Source of the DNA: Octopus bimaculoides
Lineage: Eukaryota
Length of the DNA: 64,000 nucleotides
Assembly: GCF_001194135.2 (NCBI RefSeq)
Contig: NC_068981.1
Coordinates: 43,310,224 to 43,374,223 of the forward strand
Direction: 5' to 3'
The notes beneath the pieces were generated by a model. The model did not search any database, was not told the DNA's origin, and saw nothing but the letters and a program-made list of their open reading frames with translations. This document shows positions 1 to 12,410 of the stretch, piece after piece. A program made the position numbers and the translations under genes. How positions within the stretch are numbered: the first letter of the stretch is position 1; every line of letters begins with the position of its first letter.

Positions 1-297
1 CAATAAATATTTTTTTAATCAATTTCAAGCTAAGGAGATTTTCCTTGTTCAGGAAATAACACTCTTAGCATTCTAACACTTTAACCACAAAGCCACTGCC
101 TTGTGTCTATGCAGCACCTTAGGCAAGTACCTTCTACTAAAGTTCTGAACAGATCAATGACTGGTGAATGGCAGAAGAAAGCTTTAAGATGCCCATTGAG
201 TATGTACGATATATCCATATGTATACATATGTGTTGGGTCTCATGGAAACAAAGTAGCCAATGCTGGTGGTGTGTGGAAAGCTCTTTTCGATTGTTG

Positions 298-605
298 GAC
301 CTCCTGGAGTCAATGACGAATGACTGAGACCTTTGACATTATGTCGTGCTTGAGAAGAAGATCCACGAATAAAATCACAGTCATGGCAGATACTGGTGTC
401 ACACAAATGGTACCCATGCTGGTGGCATGTAAGAGCACCCATTACACTCTCAGAGTGGTTGGTGTTAGGAAGGGCATCCAGTCATAGAAACTATGCTAAA
501 TCAGACTGGAGTCTGGAGCAGCCTTCCAGCTTGCCAGCCCCAGTCAAACCATCCAACCCATACCAGTATGGACAATGGACACTAAAGGATGATGATGATG
601 ATGAT
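298..605 (+). mobile_element. 5'-truncated RTE-clade LINE: ORF C-terminus plus 3' UTR and (GAT)n tail
   Basis: LLESMTND*DL*HYVVLEKK resembles the RTE ORF end; followed by the recurring tail GGTTGGYGTTAGGAAGGGCATCCAG...AACCCAT..GCATGGA..GGAC.YTAAA(GAT)n. Confidence 0.8.
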
Positions 606-1160
606 ACATACATGCATACATCATACTTACAACACATGTATACATATGTGTGTGTGTGTAGATGTCTCTCTTTCTTTCTTTCTTGTATCATGGCATATTC
701 ATACCTTTGATGAATCATGACTTGTTCCTCTTCCATTTATTTCTGTCTCTCACAACATTACTCCAGGTCTTTCTTGCTCTGCACATTCAATCTCTTCCTC
801 ATCCAGTTGAATATCTTCGTTCTCTGCCTTCCTCTCACTCACCTTCCCACCAGCTCAGTCTCCACCATGTAACGCTCTATTCCGTCATCCTCTCTGAGAA
901 AATGACCAACAAATCTCCACTGTCTCTCTCTCTCTCTCTCTGATAGTATCCATCAACTGTCTCTTCACTTTCATCTTCTTCAACACTTCTACATTTGTCA
1001 CCCTCTGTATCCATGAGATTCTAAGCATTTTTCTATAAAACCTCTTTTCCATGACTTTGCTTATCGTTCAAGACTCACATCTATACATTAACACCGACCA
1101 GATGTAGCACTTCAATAGTCGTTTTCTGTATAAATTATGAAATGTGTGTATATGTATGAA

Positions 1161-1321
1161 ATCATCATCATCATCGTTTAACATCCGCTTTCCATGCTAG
1201 CATGGGTTGGACAACTTGACTGAGGACTGGTGAACCAGATGGCTACACCAGGCTCCAATCTGATTTGGCAGAGTTTCTACAGCTGGATGCTCTTCCTAAC
1301 ACCAACCACTCCAAGAGTGTA
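1161..1321 (-). mobile_element. RTE 3' UTR/tail copy
   Basis: (CAT)n-CGTTTAACATCCGCTTTCCATGCTAGCATGGGTTGGAC is the reverse complement of the RTE tail. Confidence 0.85.
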
Positions 1322-1605
1322 TATGAATATTGTCATTTTGCAGCTCTGCTTGACACCATCTTAGAAAAATTCTGATATGCAATTTACATTCCTTGTTGAC
1401 ATTAAATGATGATGATGATGATGACGACGATGAGGATGATGATGATGATGATGATGATGGTGATGATACATATATGCAAAGATCTGTGAAATAATGCAAT
1501 CCTTTAACTGGCAAACACACAAGGGTTTGTAACAGGAAGAACCTCCAGATAAATCCCTGTCTAATCTATGCTAGTATAGAAAAATGGACATTAAATGAAA
1601 AAATG

Positions 1606-1607
<2 letters not shown>

Positions 1608-1646
<39 letters not shown>

Positions 1647-1722
1647 ACAGACACACACAGACACACACACACACACACACTCACACACTCACACACACAC
1701 ACACACACACACACGCATACAC
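1608..1722. repeat. (CA)n compound microsatellite
   Basis: Direct reading. Confidence 0.95.
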
Positions 1723-2784
1723 AAACAGAGTCAAGATATGAACTAAAATATCATTACTAATATTACTAATAAGTTCATGATTAAGTTAAAAACACCTCAA
1801 CTAATCATTGGATAGTATAAGACCACAGCAGCCTTCTTTGAAATTATATCAACTCATAAGATATTTACATCTGCCCATAAATGTATTGCTGGCTAAAAGC
1901 TGGAGAGCTGTTGTGTAATGTAGTATAGCATTAAATTAAAACTCTGTTAATGTATCAGTAATTTATCTATTAAATTAGCTGTCTTTTTGACTTCGTTAAG
2001 ACCTGAGTAGCAGTGGATTTATAAGCAGTGCATCTGTGTACAGTTAAATGGAGTATGCAGTGGCTGATGAAATATCAACACAAGATTGAAATCAAACTGG
2101 TAGGTCCCTCATTTTCTGTCCACAAAGACATATGTATATAGAAAATATGTTTACATTACTCTATATATGCAATGTTAGCTAAAATCCATAGGTCTGTTCA
2201 GTAGAACAGTATATGATTAAGACAAAATACTGTTAATACACTAGTAATTTAGATATATACATATATGCATGTGAATGAGTAATTTGATTTCTGGTTGAAT
2301 AATTGCTGGTTTTCAACAGCATGTAATCATGGGTTCCAGAAAGTTAAGAAATTCTATTAAAAAGAAATGTTTAGTTACTCTTTCGGTGTTGAGTACTCAT
2401 TCTTCTGGTATATTACTAACACACACACATACATACTCAACACACACAAGCTTGCAATTCTTTATTCTATGGAATGTGATGTTTCAATTTAGTAGTAGGC
2501 TATAGGTAAGTACATAGATTTAATTAAGTCATGACTGTTGCTGTTTTGCTGCACAATATTTGTGCTGTTGTTTGACAGCTAATGTAGTTAATAATCTTGT
2601 TCCCATTTTTCTATATTTATATTTCTGTGTATGTATATTTCAATATTTTTCTAGACTGAGAGAAGGGACGATGGTTTTAGGATAATAGTATATTAATGTT
2701 TAATAGTGTTGTATTTTAAGAATTGGTACAGGGGAGGGGGAATTCTTTTGCACTTGCATGAACAATCTCTCAAATTCTTGTAGC

Positions 2785-3793
2785 ACAATAAAATGTACTC
2801 AGTCTATGCTGTAATAAGTTGGTGATAAGGTGGTATTCAGCAGTAAAAAAGTTGATATATAAGCTATGAACACACCAGAGGTGCAGTGGATTAATAGGAA
2901 GGTTATCAGAGAAGATAGTTTTCATATGTGGAAGATGCACAGGATCCATAAAATTTTAGAGACTCAGGAAATTGATTCTCTCAAATTCCCTGGTAGTAAG
3001 TACATTAGAGGTAGTAGATAATTTCTGCTACCTAGGGGACCAAATTAGTAGAGGGGAGGATGCACAAAGAGTGTGATAACTAAGATTAGAATGGGATGGA
3101 GGAAATTCAGAGAGCTGTTACTTCTGTTGGTCATGAAATGTTTCTTTCTCCGAGTGAAAGGTAGATTGTATGATGTATATATACGGACAGCAATTTTATA
3201 TGGTAGTGAGTCATGGGCCCTGGATGCAGAGGACATATGAAGGTTAGAAAGGTATGAGGTTAGTATGCTCCACTGAATGTGTAATGTGAGTGTACATGTT
3301 CAACAGAGTGCTAATGTTTTGAGAGAGAAGTTAGCCATAAGAGGAATTAGCTGGTGTGTGAAAGAGGGAAGACTGTGTTGGTTTGGTCATGTGATGTAGA
3401 ATGAAGCCAACAGCTCCATAAAGAAGTGCTGATCTCTCAAAGTAGATGGAACATGTGGAAGTGGGAGAGCCAAGATGAAGTATTGAAGAACGACCTCAGG
3501 CTGCCAAACCTTTCAGGTGAGATGACAAAGGACCGAGATGCCTGGTGCCTTGCTGTACTTAAGAAGACCTGTACTCTGCAGCCGAAGTATTATGACTGGT
3601 CCTTCTGGTGGTGCAAAGTACTTGTTGTGGTGCCGCATAAAAGCACCCAGCACACTCTCCATAGTGGTTGGCATTAAAAAGGGCATCCAGCCATAGAAAT
3701 TGGAGTGGGTTGCAGCTCCTAATTTGCCAAATCTGATCAAACCATCCAACCCCATGCCAGCATGGACAATGGACATTAAATGATGATGATGAT
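2785..3793 (+). mobile_element. RTE-clade LINE relic: RT C-terminal region, ORF end, 3' UTR, (GAT)n
   Basis: Broken frames give LEVVDNFCYLGDQISRG, KIRMGWRKFRELL, RVKGRLYD, YGSESWAL, LREKLAIRGI, DEVLKNDLR, MTKDRDAW; continuous into the shared tail. Confidence 0.9.
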
Positions 3794-4215
3794 ATATGTC
3801 TATATTACCAGATGACAAAAAATAGAGACCAATAAATTATTACTCTTTGAGACTCATTTAACTAATGCAAGTACAGAAAAAAAAAATATATAATGATGAT
3901 GATGATGATGAAGATGATGATGTTGATGGTGGGGGTGATGATGATGACAGTGACAATGAAGGGGACGATGACGACGACGATGATGAAACGTATGTTGCCA
4001 AAATATATAATGAAACACATTGGGTTTGAAATGTAGACCTATGAGCTGATGGAAGCTTAATACCATACTTATTGATCCATATTGTTTCTGTCAGCTAGTT
4101 TGCTTCGTTGAATGTCTCAAAGGACCCTTATTTAGTAGAACTCAGACAATTTTATCTTCAACCTAAAAACTGTTCAGTTAATTTTTGTGTTTTTGTGCCT
4201 TTTTTTTTTTTATAG

Positions 4216-4263
4216 CACACTGGATACTGAGTTAGAATGTATCAAAGCAGCTGTTAAAGATGG
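4216..4263 (+). CDS. Candidate internal exon, unknown protein (TLDTELECIKAAVKDG)
   Basis: Long poly-T plus TATAG acceptor; one open frame; possible donor GG|GTGGGA (alternative GAT|GTGATT after 4282). No homology recognised. Confidence 0.35.
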
Positions 4264-4895
4264 GTGGGAGCTGGAGGAAGATGTGATTAAAACTTTTATA
4301 TATTCACAGCAGACAACATTTTGGATGAGAAATGTTTTGATTATAGACACTTATATTATAAACTAAATATAAAACCATAGAGATTTCAAGTGTAATATTA
4401 TGGAAATTGCAAATATCTCTAGGAGTGCAATTTCCTTAAGTATTGTTCAACTCCTTGAAGAAAGCAGTTCACCAAATTAGATTATTTAAGCAAAGTCATA
4501 AAACAATTTAATTGTATAAAGTTCTGCTTATCGGATATATACTTTGTTGTCTCTGACGCAGTGGACGTTAGCTAATGGTGATCGCTAGACAATAATAAAC
4601 TATATGTTTTATGGCCAATATATTGCTGTCATTTTCCATTATGCTTATAGTACTACTTCTTGCAGATTAAATAATGCTACAGTAAATATCAGGTGCATAA
4701 GAAATGAAAAATACTGTTATATTAAAGCTTAATTCTTATACATTACTTTCTACTCTATGCCTCTATTGGTTCAAAATAGGCAAACTAGCTAATTTAACAT
4801 TATTGTCTTGCATTTCTTCACCCTTCTCAGAGACGGGTAATTAAAGTATACACATTTGGTGGGGGGGAAATGATAAGACAGCAGTGCAAAAGGAG

Positions 4896-4993
4896 ATTAG
4901 GCGTTTGAAAAACTGTTTAGTACAGTACTTCAGATTTATTAACCATTCTCCAACTCAATACTCTCTCCTTCTGCTTCACTCCTTCTCTTGTTC

Positions 4994-5055
<62 letters not shown>

Positions 5056-5092
5056 CTTTTCTTTCTCTTTCTATTTATATCTGCCATACAAT
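4896..5092 (+). repeat. Copy 1 of a local ~150-200 bp direct repeat containing a (CT)n tract
   Basis: ATTAGGCGTTTGARAAACTGTTTAGTACAGTACTTCAGATTTATTAACC... recurs at ~6075. Confidence 0.85.
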
Positions 5093-5299
5093 CATGTCAG
5101 AATCTCTTTATTGTACTAAAAGACCACCAGTATACAGAAAAACATTCTAAAAATTGGAAAAAAATGGTGTTACTGTTTGCAAGGATAATAAAAATATCTA
5201 AGATTTGTGAGGATAACCCTTGATAAGAAAAATAATAGAGCTTCTTAAAACTTAGAATATTTCTTCATTTTATGGAATATGAGCAAACCTCACATTTAA

Positions 5300-5540
5300 C
5301 TTTTTTTACAGAATTGACTTTCTTTTTGCTCAGACCACTGGTAATTTCTAAGAATTTTTGTAACTACAGTGATGTTTTTTCACCAACTTTACTGCTTACA
5401 CTTGATTTAAGCATTAGTTGTGAAGGTTTATTTTTTCTTGGTAACATTTCATTTAGAATAAATCTACATGTAGCTTTTAATCTTTGAATTCTACCATTTA
5501 AATTTTGAAAATATTCACATAGTGAGAAGCAGTTAAAGAG
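5300..5540. mobile_element. Possible degenerate piggyBac-type MITE
   Basis: TTAA at 5296-5299 and 5541-5544; ends CTTTTTT.. / ..GTTAAAGAG are imperfect inverted termini. Confidence 0.4.
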
Positions 5541-5609
5541 TTAACCAAATTTGGCAGATCATTCTCCTGACTGTGATTGGCTAGATTTTTGTAACATTTT
5601 CTTTCACAG

Positions 5610-5699
5610 AAATATACGAGGCCAATAGCAGTGGCAGTTTTAAGTTGTCACTGTACTCAGTGGATGATTTGTTAAAACGCTCAAGCTATCTTAGCTCTG
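5610..5699 (+). CDS. Candidate 90-nt phase 1-1 exon (IYEANSSGSFKLSLYSVDDLLKRSSYLSS)
   Basis: Acceptor TTTTCTTTCACAG, donor G|GTAACA, open frame, length divisible by 3. Confidence 0.4.
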
Positions 5700-5814
5700 G
5701 TAACAATGGTCAGATGATATTTTCTTATGATGTTTAATAAGGCCAAAATATATCTAAAGTTATTGTGGTGCTGTCAAAGATTAGACTCACTCCCCACTAT
5801 ATTTTGTATCTTAT

Positions 5815-6060
5815 TCATCATCATCATCACCGTTTAACGTCCGCTTTCCATGCTAGCATGGGTTGGACGATTTGACTGAGGACTGGTGAACCACATGGCT
5901 ACACCACGCTCCAATCTGATTTGGCAGAGTTTCTACAGCTGGATGCCCTTCCTAACGCCAACCACTCCGAGAGTGTAGTGGGTGCTTTTATGTGCCACTG
6001 GCACGAAGGCCAGTCAGGAGGTACTGGCAACAGCCATGCTTGAAATGGTGCATTTTACGT
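5815..6060 (-). mobile_element. RTE 3' UTR/tail copy
   Basis: Close match to the recurring tail, (CAT)n start, CpGs retained. Confidence 0.9.
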
Positions 6061-6074
6061 CCAGCGAATTTACA

Positions 6075-6225
6075 TTAGGCGTTTGAGAAACTGTTTAGTA
6101 CAGTACTTCAGATTTATTAACCCTTCTCGAGCTCAATACTCTCTCCTTCTGCTTCACACCTCCTCTTGTTCTTTCTTTCTTCTCTTTCTCTCTCTCCTTC
6201 TCTTTCAATCTATATTTGCCATATC
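6075..6225 (+). repeat. Copy 2 of local direct repeat
   Basis: Matches 4896-5092 with a shorter CT tract. Confidence 0.85.
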
Positions 6226-7035
6226 AATTCAAACTCTGGGAGTTGTTGCCTTGCCTTTCTTAATCAGAGTTAATTATGATTATAAAGTCTTTTACTCCTC
6301 GCTACCAGTGTAATTTTAACTACTATAAACCTCTAAAGTCTAAAGTTAGTGGGACATATAGTTTATGGTATTTGACAGCACACATTTTGTCCTATGCACT
6401 TTCACCCCTGCCCCAGAATTGAGTACTGAAAATTTATTATGCTCTAGATTATTTCTTCTTATTATATATCAATATATTTGATAGAAAATGAAACATTAAA
6501 AACTAATATATATTAGAATTTCTATTCTTGCTGAGGTTGTGCATCAGTGTCTGTGATACATAGTATTGTAAAGAATTTAAGGCAACTGAAAGCCCAAAAT
6601 TGAGATGCACATAATATGCAGTAGTGTATTATGAAATAATAAACATGTGTGCATATATGTATGCATATTTGTATGTATACATGTTTGTGTGTGTGTATGC
6701 ATATATGTATGCATGTTGGTATGTATGTATGTATGTATGTATGTATGTGTGTATGTATGTATGCATGCATGTTTGTATGTATATATGACTTTAAACTGCA
6801 TCTGGTAGTGGAGTCTTGGTGCAGGAGTTCCAAGGTTTTGAAGAATGTGGAACTACCTCTTAGCCACTACAATTCTCACGTCTGCTCTGGCATGTTAAAG
6901 TTCCTGAAATATCCCTACTTCTCATTAGGAGAAGGTACAATTGTTTAAAAATCCTGAAGTTCTGTTCCATTGGTTTTATAACTGATATTGCTGCAAACTA
7001 GGTTCTGTGCTATGCAATATTCTATCCACTCAAAG

Positions 7036-7253
7036 TCGGTGAGCTGTCAGAAACGTTAGTATGCCCAGTGAAATGCTTAGCAGTATTTTGTCTGTCTTCA
7101 TGTTCTGAGTTCAAATTCTGCCAAGGTCGATTTTGCTTTTCATCCTTTCGGGGTCGATAAATTAAGTACCAGTTGCATACTGGGGTCGATCTAATTGACT
7201 GGCCCCCTTCCCCCAAACATTTCAGGCCTTGTGCCCAGAGGAGAAAAGAATTT
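7036..7253 (+). mobile_element. tRNA-derived SINE (family C) with 13-bp TSD
   Basis: Head GGTGAGCTGKCAGAAACGTTAG, B-box-like GAGTTCAAATTC, core TTTGCYTTTCATCCTTTCGGGGTCGATAAATTAAGTACCAG; TATCCACTCAAAG at 7023-7035 and 7254-7266. Confidence 0.9.
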
Positions 7254-8728
7254 TATCCACTCAAAGCAAATTCACACACATGAACCTCTTGGACTCATGG
7301 AATGTTTGCATAGATTTGCTGAGTTTAGGAAGTGATTTTACTCAGTCATAAATTGACTTCCACCATGTATGCATATAGATATGTATGCATAGATTCTACA
7401 AACCCAAAGGATCTTCTGCGTGGTTGCTTCACCAATCCAAATTGATAGAAAGAAAGAGCAACTGAGTCTTCTCCAAATCACAGTCTACTATCTTAAAAAT
7501 GAAAAGGTAGACCACACAGTGCAATATTGTTCTAGATGCACAAAAATGCAGGATAGTCATGGCCAGAATATTATTGATCATAGGTTTGTCCAATTTGGGC
7601 AGAGTAGCAGTGGCTAAAAAGCAACAATTACTATGTTAAAGATAAAATATAAAATTTTATAAAGAATCCATAGAACTAATAATTCAGATATGTATATTCT
7701 CTTTAAGAAACAACTAATATTCTTCCCCATTACATTAGATAATTAATCATAATGCCATTTGTCAGTAAATTAACTCATCTTGAGTTAATTTTCAAAATTG
7801 GTAGAGAGAAAATTAATGTTAAATTTCTTCTGCATTTCTAAGTTGCCAACATGGCTATCAGTGAGAATAATTTCTTTTGACTCTGTACAAAATGCTGTAA
7901 GGTTTTTACACTTCACTCCCCGAGAATATTAATAGTGTTGACAGAATAAAAAAGAAAGTCGATGTTCAATGTAAAATGCTTCAATTAATAAAAGGGTCTT
8001 CAATATGCTTGTTTACAACTGGTATAATCCTGTAGGTAATTTGAGTGGTTTTTAATTGTGAACATTCTGATTAACCAGAACTATTTAACAATCCACAGTT
8101 TGAGATAATGCTAGCTGAAATCAATCTGAGGTTACTTTTCTTTTGACAACTGCTGTGGTCATGACTTTGTGATCCCAGTCTCGAATAAAGGCTGCAGTAA
8201 AGTTATAAAACCCTTTGGCTAATTATTAGTGCTTCTGCCAAGTCTCTGGCTGCATCTTTTTCAGACCAGCTCTGACTGAATAGAGCTATGATCAAAAGTA
8301 TTTCAGATATGAGCAAGTTATCTAAATCTTCTGATATTTTTTATTTGGGGCACAGTGTATTGAGGAACATATTATCCAATGGGTCCTTCATATTTTCAGA
8401 ACAGTATGATGTGGTATGAAGGAAATCTGGCTGTTGTTTCCAGATGTGTGGCTTGTTATATTTCTTTACTTAAAAGCATTAGATTGATTGAACCTGAGGA
8501 TTTATTACGTCTGGAAGCATAAATAACCTTGTATTCAAAATTTTGACTGCTAAATGTATGCCCTAATTGTTTTTATATTTTTTTTTTAAATTGACATCAA
8601 TTTTTCAAAATGCCCTGCATGTGCCAATTTGGCATGTCTTCCTTAAAAGCACTTGTATAACTACTAACCATACTATTTCTTGGAAATAGTAAAATGTCTG
8701 AAATGATTCTTTTGTCAGTAGGAATGTA

Positions 8729-8936
8729 CAAGGGAGTGGTGAAAAGTTCTTGGCTTTGGGCAAAAGAACATTAGGAGGATCAGTTAATTACAATTTTATT
8801 CAACATATTCCCTCCTCTCTCACACTTATTGCAGTGATCCTTTAGTTTTTCTAAGTCCTATAAAAGAATTTGGAAGGTTGGGGCTCCAACCAGGTCTTTA
8901 ATGATGCTCAACCAAGATCTTTTCAGCACCCTGTCG
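8729..8936. mobile_element. Tc1/mariner-type MITE
   Basis: TA|CAAGGGAGTGGTGAAAAGTTCTTGG ... CCAAGATCTTTTCAGCACCCTGTCG|TA; imperfect ~25-bp TIRs with TA TSD. Confidence 0.75.
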
Positions 8937-8978
8937 TATCTAACTCACTCTGTATGTGATTTTCATGTCTGAGTTGGC

Positions 8979-9247
8979 GATGGACTGGCTCCTGTGCAGG
9001 TGACACGTAAAATACACCATTTCAAGCTTGGCTGTTGCCAGTACCCGCCTGACTGGCCCTCGTGCTGGTGGCACGTAAAAGCACCCCCTACACTCTTGGA
9101 GTGGTTGGCGTTAGGAAGGGCATCCAACTGTAAAAAACTCTGCCAAATCAGATTGGAGCCTGGTGTCACCTCCTGGTCCACCAGTCCTCAGTCAAATCGT
9201 CCAACCCATTCTAGCATGGAAAGCGGACGTTAAACAATGATGATGAC
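8979..9247 (+). mobile_element. RTE 3' UTR/tail copy with ~2 internal repeat units
   Basis: Sequence match to family; (GAT)n end. Confidence 0.9.
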
Positions 9248-10765
9248 AATTGAGTCAATTTGTTGTACTTAACCATAACTTCACTTTACTAAAGAATCTT
9301 GCATATTCTTCTTTCTTAAATCCCAGCTTTCCATGTTCTGGAGCTTTACTCATACCCATTAATGCTAAAAGTGTAGCTGCTTTGTTTGTAATTTTTAACC
9401 AATTTTATTATCTAATTTTCTGTGTGTACAGTCTATTTCATCTTTGTCCATTGAATTTATTATGTGATCAGAAGTAAAACCACTACAGTTTGCACTGTCT
9501 CTGACATTATATGAATCACTTGCGCAGATTGTCCTTCTAGATTCTATGAAAATGTTCAAATAGTTCATGCCTTGGCGATTCAGCTTTACCAATTCCTTGA
9601 ATTAACTAAAACCAGTGTATTCTGAAGCAGATGGTCAGATGACCTTACCTACTGGACAGGCACAACATATCGCATAATTTCAATGCTTTGCTCTGCTTTA
9701 ATGTTGCATAAATACTGTTGCAATATTTATATTGTAATAAAGCTGAACCAAGACATGAATGCTTGTGTTCTTGTTTCTCCTTGAATTACATGACAAACGG
9801 GATTTTATTTTTATTGTCAAAATGCAGGAAATACAAATGAGTGTCGTTAATTTGTTACCAGCCAATCAGTAACCACCAGTCTCTATATCAATTTCAATTA
9901 ATTAAAGTTTGGGGATTGACCCTCTAATCATCTTTGCTGTATTTGTTATTACCACTAAGGGTGAAATTTCAATGAAATAAAATTCCATGTATTACTACTT
10001 TAAGTTTTCTAGTACCCACTTGACTAAATCTGTGGAGTGTGTGCATGTATATGTGTGTGTGTGTGTGTGTATGTGTGTGTGTGTGTGAATGTGTGTGCAT
10101 GTATGCATGTGTGTGTGCGTGCATGCGTGCGTCCGTGCGTGTGTGAGTGCGTGTGTGTGGCACTACTTTTAAGTTTACCATTTTATAGACAGAGATTGAT
10201 AAAATAACTGATGTAAGTATTGCAGACAATGTGATCAGTTAAGAAAACAGGTTTGACGCTGGTACTTTAGCATAGGAACAGTTCAATACCTGAAACAAGC
10301 AAAGAAGAAGGAAGAGCATTTGATTGACCAGATGAAGCATGGAAAAGCAGATGTTAAAACAACGATGATGATATTCCTGAATATTTTACATTTTCTCAAA
10401 TATTTCAAATGTAAAAGATTCTGTCTCTGCTTTCCGAATAGCACTGTAAGTTGTAGCCTGGGCTCACTGGTCTATTAGATAAATGCTAGTAATATGATAT
10501 AGTTAATTAGCTCAAATATATATGTCCCTTTCAGAAATTAACTGAAATTCTGGTCATAAGAAATATATATTTCAGGAGAGTAGAAATAGTTAAGTGCTTG
10601 ATTGATTCTTCTACATTTTGAATTCAAGTGCTACTGCTGTCTACAATGCAACTAATTCTTATAAAGCAATAAATTAAGTATTAGTATTATAGTGAGGTTG
10701 ATTGAATGTAATTTCTTTAAAGACTTAATCTCTTTAAGAATGGTATTAATCTTATTCCTTTTTAG

Positions 10766-10797
10766 GGCCTCCAAGACTGGAACAAAGAAAGAAAAAA
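10766..10797 (+). CDS. Candidate short exon (GPPRLEQRKKK in the frame that joins neighbours)
   Basis: Acceptor CTTATTCCTTTTTAG, donor A|GTTAGC; frame not determinable. Confidence 0.3.
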
Positions 10798-10989
10798 GTT
10801 AGCAGCAGACCAGAGGCTTGGACTGGATGTTTGTAGTTGAGAGGACAATGCTACAGGCACACAATGGCCAGATGGTGGTGTTAAACCTGGTAACAAATGA
10901 AGTCTACTGCCCCCAAATGAGAAAGATCATTCTAACAGTCTTGTACACAGTTACTGTCTAACAAATACCACTAAAGATAAAGGAATAAA

Positions 10990-11212
10990 GCTTTCTCAGG
11001 TTCCAGGTTCTCTGGAGTATATAATCCCAGCTGGATTGGATGCCAGCCTCTCACAGGAATACTCATTCTGGCCAGCTGAATGAATGGGAGCAATGTAAAA
11101 TGAAATGTTTAGCTCAAGAACACAATACATCATCTGGTCCAAGAATTGAAATCACAATCTTACGATCTTGAGTCCACCATTGTAAACACTAAGCCATGCA
11201 CTTCCACATCAA
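10990..11212 (-). mobile_element. tRNA-derived SINE with CORE-like central segment (family F)
   Basis: Minus strand reads GCATGGCTTAGTGTTTAC..GACTCAAGATCG..TGTGTTCTTGAGCTAAACATTTCATTTTACATTGCTCCCATTCATTCAGCTGG; related copy at 44712. Confidence 0.7.
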
Positions 11213-12351
11213 ATGCCACTTTCAAGGCTTTAGTAGACCAGTGGCTATGGTAGAAGACATTCTCCCAAGGTGGCATTGAATTGAAACCATGTTGTGAAGT
11301 GAACTTCTTAACTATAAAGCCATGTTTTGTATCTCAGGAAAAGAAAAGAAAAAAGAAAACAAAAAGTAATTCTCGATATTTACCTGATACAGTTGAATCA
11401 TTTATTGACTATTCTTTTCATGAATATCTTCCTTTTCAGCAGATTTACATTGTTTCATTATGTTGTATATACATTAATTCAGCATTGAATTTAACTAACA
11501 CAGATTTAATGGTTTATTCCATTTCAATACAAAAGAGATTGCTAAAGAAGAAGGAAAATAACAAAAGAAAAATTCCTATAGAACAATAACTCAGCACATT
11601 GTTTATGCATAAAAGAAAAGAAGCTATACAAATATAATGACATATAAAAGAAAAATATAATTATATCTAGCAAGTACATAATTAAATGCAGCCAAAGCAT
11701 AATTGGGATATAGAGTAAACATAATTTTTCTGGGGGACAACAATAATATACAAGTGTGGGGAGTTCACAATAAAATATAGGACAAAGGTGACGATTTACA
11801 GAATATACTGTACAGTAACACAAGGTTTATATTAGCACTTCAAATAAATTCACATCAACTTAATGAGTTAACATTGACTTCACATCCACTTAAGAAGAAT
11901 TGATATCTTTGATGATAAACAAAGATATTTTATACCTTTTCATCAATTGCTGTATCAGAAAGAATGCCATAGATGACCGAGCTTATAGCCTAATAGAAAA
12001 TCAGCTAAAGGGCTGGCAGTTTATAACCAAGTATCGCTGACAATGTCATGGTATCAATAGCCAATATAGTTTACTCTCAATGGCCTGTTATTATTGCTGT
12101 TTGCCTCAAATCAGCCTTGACTCAGTAGATTTGGGACCAAAGGCATTCCAGCTTTGACCATCTTACTTTATAGACAGTATTTCGATATTTTCTTTATTAA
12201 ATGTGTCCTTTCTCCTTTTAAGATTGTGGTATTTGACACAAAAGTGATTTGGCTGCTATCTCTAGCAGATTGAGTGTTCGTATGTAAGCTCCCTTAGTTG
12301 ATTGTCTATATGCAAATAGCCCTTATTTGTTTCTTTTTATCATTTCGTCAG

Positions 12352-12410
12352 GAGGAGAAGCACTGCTCATGGCTCTTTACATGGCCTCCGACACTATGGA
12401 GAGAAGAAAG
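12352..12410 (+). CDS. Candidate 59-nt exon (all three frames open)
   Basis: Strong acceptor TTTCTTTTTATCATTTCGTCAG and donor AAG|GTACGC; locally GC-richer; frames give EEKHCSWLFTWPPTLWREE / GEALLMALYMASDTMERRK / RRSTAHGSLHGLRHYGEKK. Confidence 0.5.

Noticed and set aside
4373-4390. HRDFK kinase-like catalytic motif
   Set aside because: Preceded by in-frame stops; no other kinase subdomains (GxGxxG, DFG, APE) nearby.
9395-9715. Minus-strand ORF and 66-nt exon-like segment near 9651-9716
   Set aside because: Splice signals and frame are ambiguous and there is no homology; too weak to list.
10766-11092. Frame GLQDWNKERKK..CS*EDN..NK*SLL..PAE* interrupted only by TGA, suggesting a multi-Sec selenoprotein
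   Set aside because: Its 3' third is the antisense of a SINE, no SECIS was recognised, and it shows no similarity to selenoprotein families I know.
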